A stretch of DNA of 64,000 nt, taken from Lama guanicoe. Taxonomy: Eukaryota. The notes under the pieces are model-generated. The model was given only the letters and a program-made list of their open reading frames with translations. It was not told the DNA's origin and did no database searches. Position numbers and translations under genes: made by a program. The stretch is taken from assembly GCA_013239625.1 (NCBI GenBank), contig MU054212.1, forward strand, positions 8,127,412 to 8,191,411. The letters are read 5' to 3'. Shown here in pieces: positions 63,170 to 64,000 of this stretch (position 1 is its first letter; the number at the start of each line of letters is the position of its first letter).

Positions 63170-63300
63170 TCAGGGGAGGGCGTGAGCGGCTGCTCCTGGG
63201 AGTGCCCCTCCAGGTGTGGCTGTGCACTTCCGTCTCCCATAGCAACCGCGCGAATGTCGGCGATGGCTGCAAGCGAGAACGCTGGCGGAAGTCTTAGTCA
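63170..63300. promoter_or_regulatory. Candidate intronic enhancer: small CpG cluster with X-box and inverted ETS sites
   Basis: GTCTCCCATAGCAAC at 63232-63246 (minus strand GTTGCTATGGGAGAC). ACTTCCG at 63226-63232 and CGGAAGT at 63286-63292. Locally dense CpGs. Confidence 0.5.
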
Positions 63301-63654
63301 TATGAGGATGAAATACATTGTCATCTCTTAATTAGCAGAATTATCAAGTATCCCTTGAAAGAGAAGTTGGTGAAGGACTATGAATTAGAGAATCATCTAA
63401 TTTTAGAGCGTAGAGATCTGTCCAGATCGGACATTTTGCAGACAGGAATACTTCTGGCTTAGAAGGGTGTGATGACGTGCCATAGACTGTTCAGGATGAT
63501 CGAGGCTTAGATCCAAGGACTAACAGTCTGGTCCTTTATCCTCCCCACCCTTGCCCCCTCCCCTCATCCCCATTGATACTAGCTTGAGAGAATACGCTTT
63601 TTTTTTTTACAGAGCAATTACCTTGTAATGATTTCTGTGATAAAAGGTATAATT

Positions 63655-63699
63655 GATTGACACATTGTAAACTGACTATACTTCAGGTTTTTTTTTAAA
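63655..63699 (+). mobile_element. 45-bp L1 3'-terminal micro-insertion
   Basis: attgacacattgtaaactgactatacttca flanked by TSD aaaaggtataatt (63642-63654) / aaaaggtgtaatt (63700-63712). Confidence 0.75.
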
Positions 63700-64000
63700 A
63701 AAAGGTGTAATTACATAGATGTGTCCAGTAGATAGCAGTTGTCACTCTTCTGACTCTTCCCCAGTACCAGATAAGAATGTGGGAAGGTGGAAAGTTGTAA
63801 CTAAATACAGTGACACAGGCATTTCTGTGAGAAAATCAGGTGGGCAATTTTGAGGAGCTGTTCGTGGCAGAACCCAAAATAGCTTGATGTCTTCTCTACA
63901 GTCTGTGGCAGGTACTGTGAGATCTTGTCAGCAGTGAGATATTATGTAGAGACAAAATTCCTGAATTTATTTACACATATGTACACTATATGTATATGTA

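Larger units (their letters stand above)
48788..64000 (+). other. MAPRE2: MAPRE2 intron 2 (phase 1), runs off the window
   Basis: GTAAGA donor at 48788. I found no sequence encoding the expected next residues (GAAYCQFMDMLFPG) downstream. Confidence 0.85.

Noticed and set aside
1..64000. CRISPR array, operon, retron or other prokaryotic or viral system; processed pseudogene; snoRNA or miRNA
   Set aside because: Composition, repeats and exon-intron structure are mammalian throughout. I saw no regularly spaced repeats, gene-dense block, mRNA-like segment with poly(A), or convincing small-RNA box or hairpin. An Rfam/Infernal scan would be needed to exclude small RNAs fully.

Overview
Mammalian genomic DNA, very probably a camelid, because it carries six copies of a tRNA-Ala(AGC)-derived SINE matching the camelid vic-1 type. 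It holds part of one protein-coding gene on the + strand, MAPRE2 (EB2/RP1, a microtubule plus-end-binding protein). A CpG-island promoter leads into coding exon 1 (20778-20896). A ~27.8 kb intron follows, then exon 2 (48660-48787) and the start of intron 2; exon 3 is not in the window. The rest is intronic or upstream sequence filled with L1, L2, MIR, MaLR LTRs, a MER5-like DNA transposon and microsatellites. Nearly all ORFs in the supplied track are chance ORFs or L1 ORF2 remnants. I see no prokaryotic system, CRISPR array or genuine RNA gene. The most interesting signal is the 5' coding architecture: three successive AUGs in two frames. The out-of-frame AUG2 makes an overlapping, NMD-prone uORF when exon 2 is included, but becomes phase-compatible with exon 3 when exon 2 is skipped. 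Also notable are a tandem in-frame acceptor, inverted repeat pairs bracketing exon 2, and matching RFX X-boxes in the promoter and intron 2. Repeat subfamily names and boundaries are by eye and approximate.
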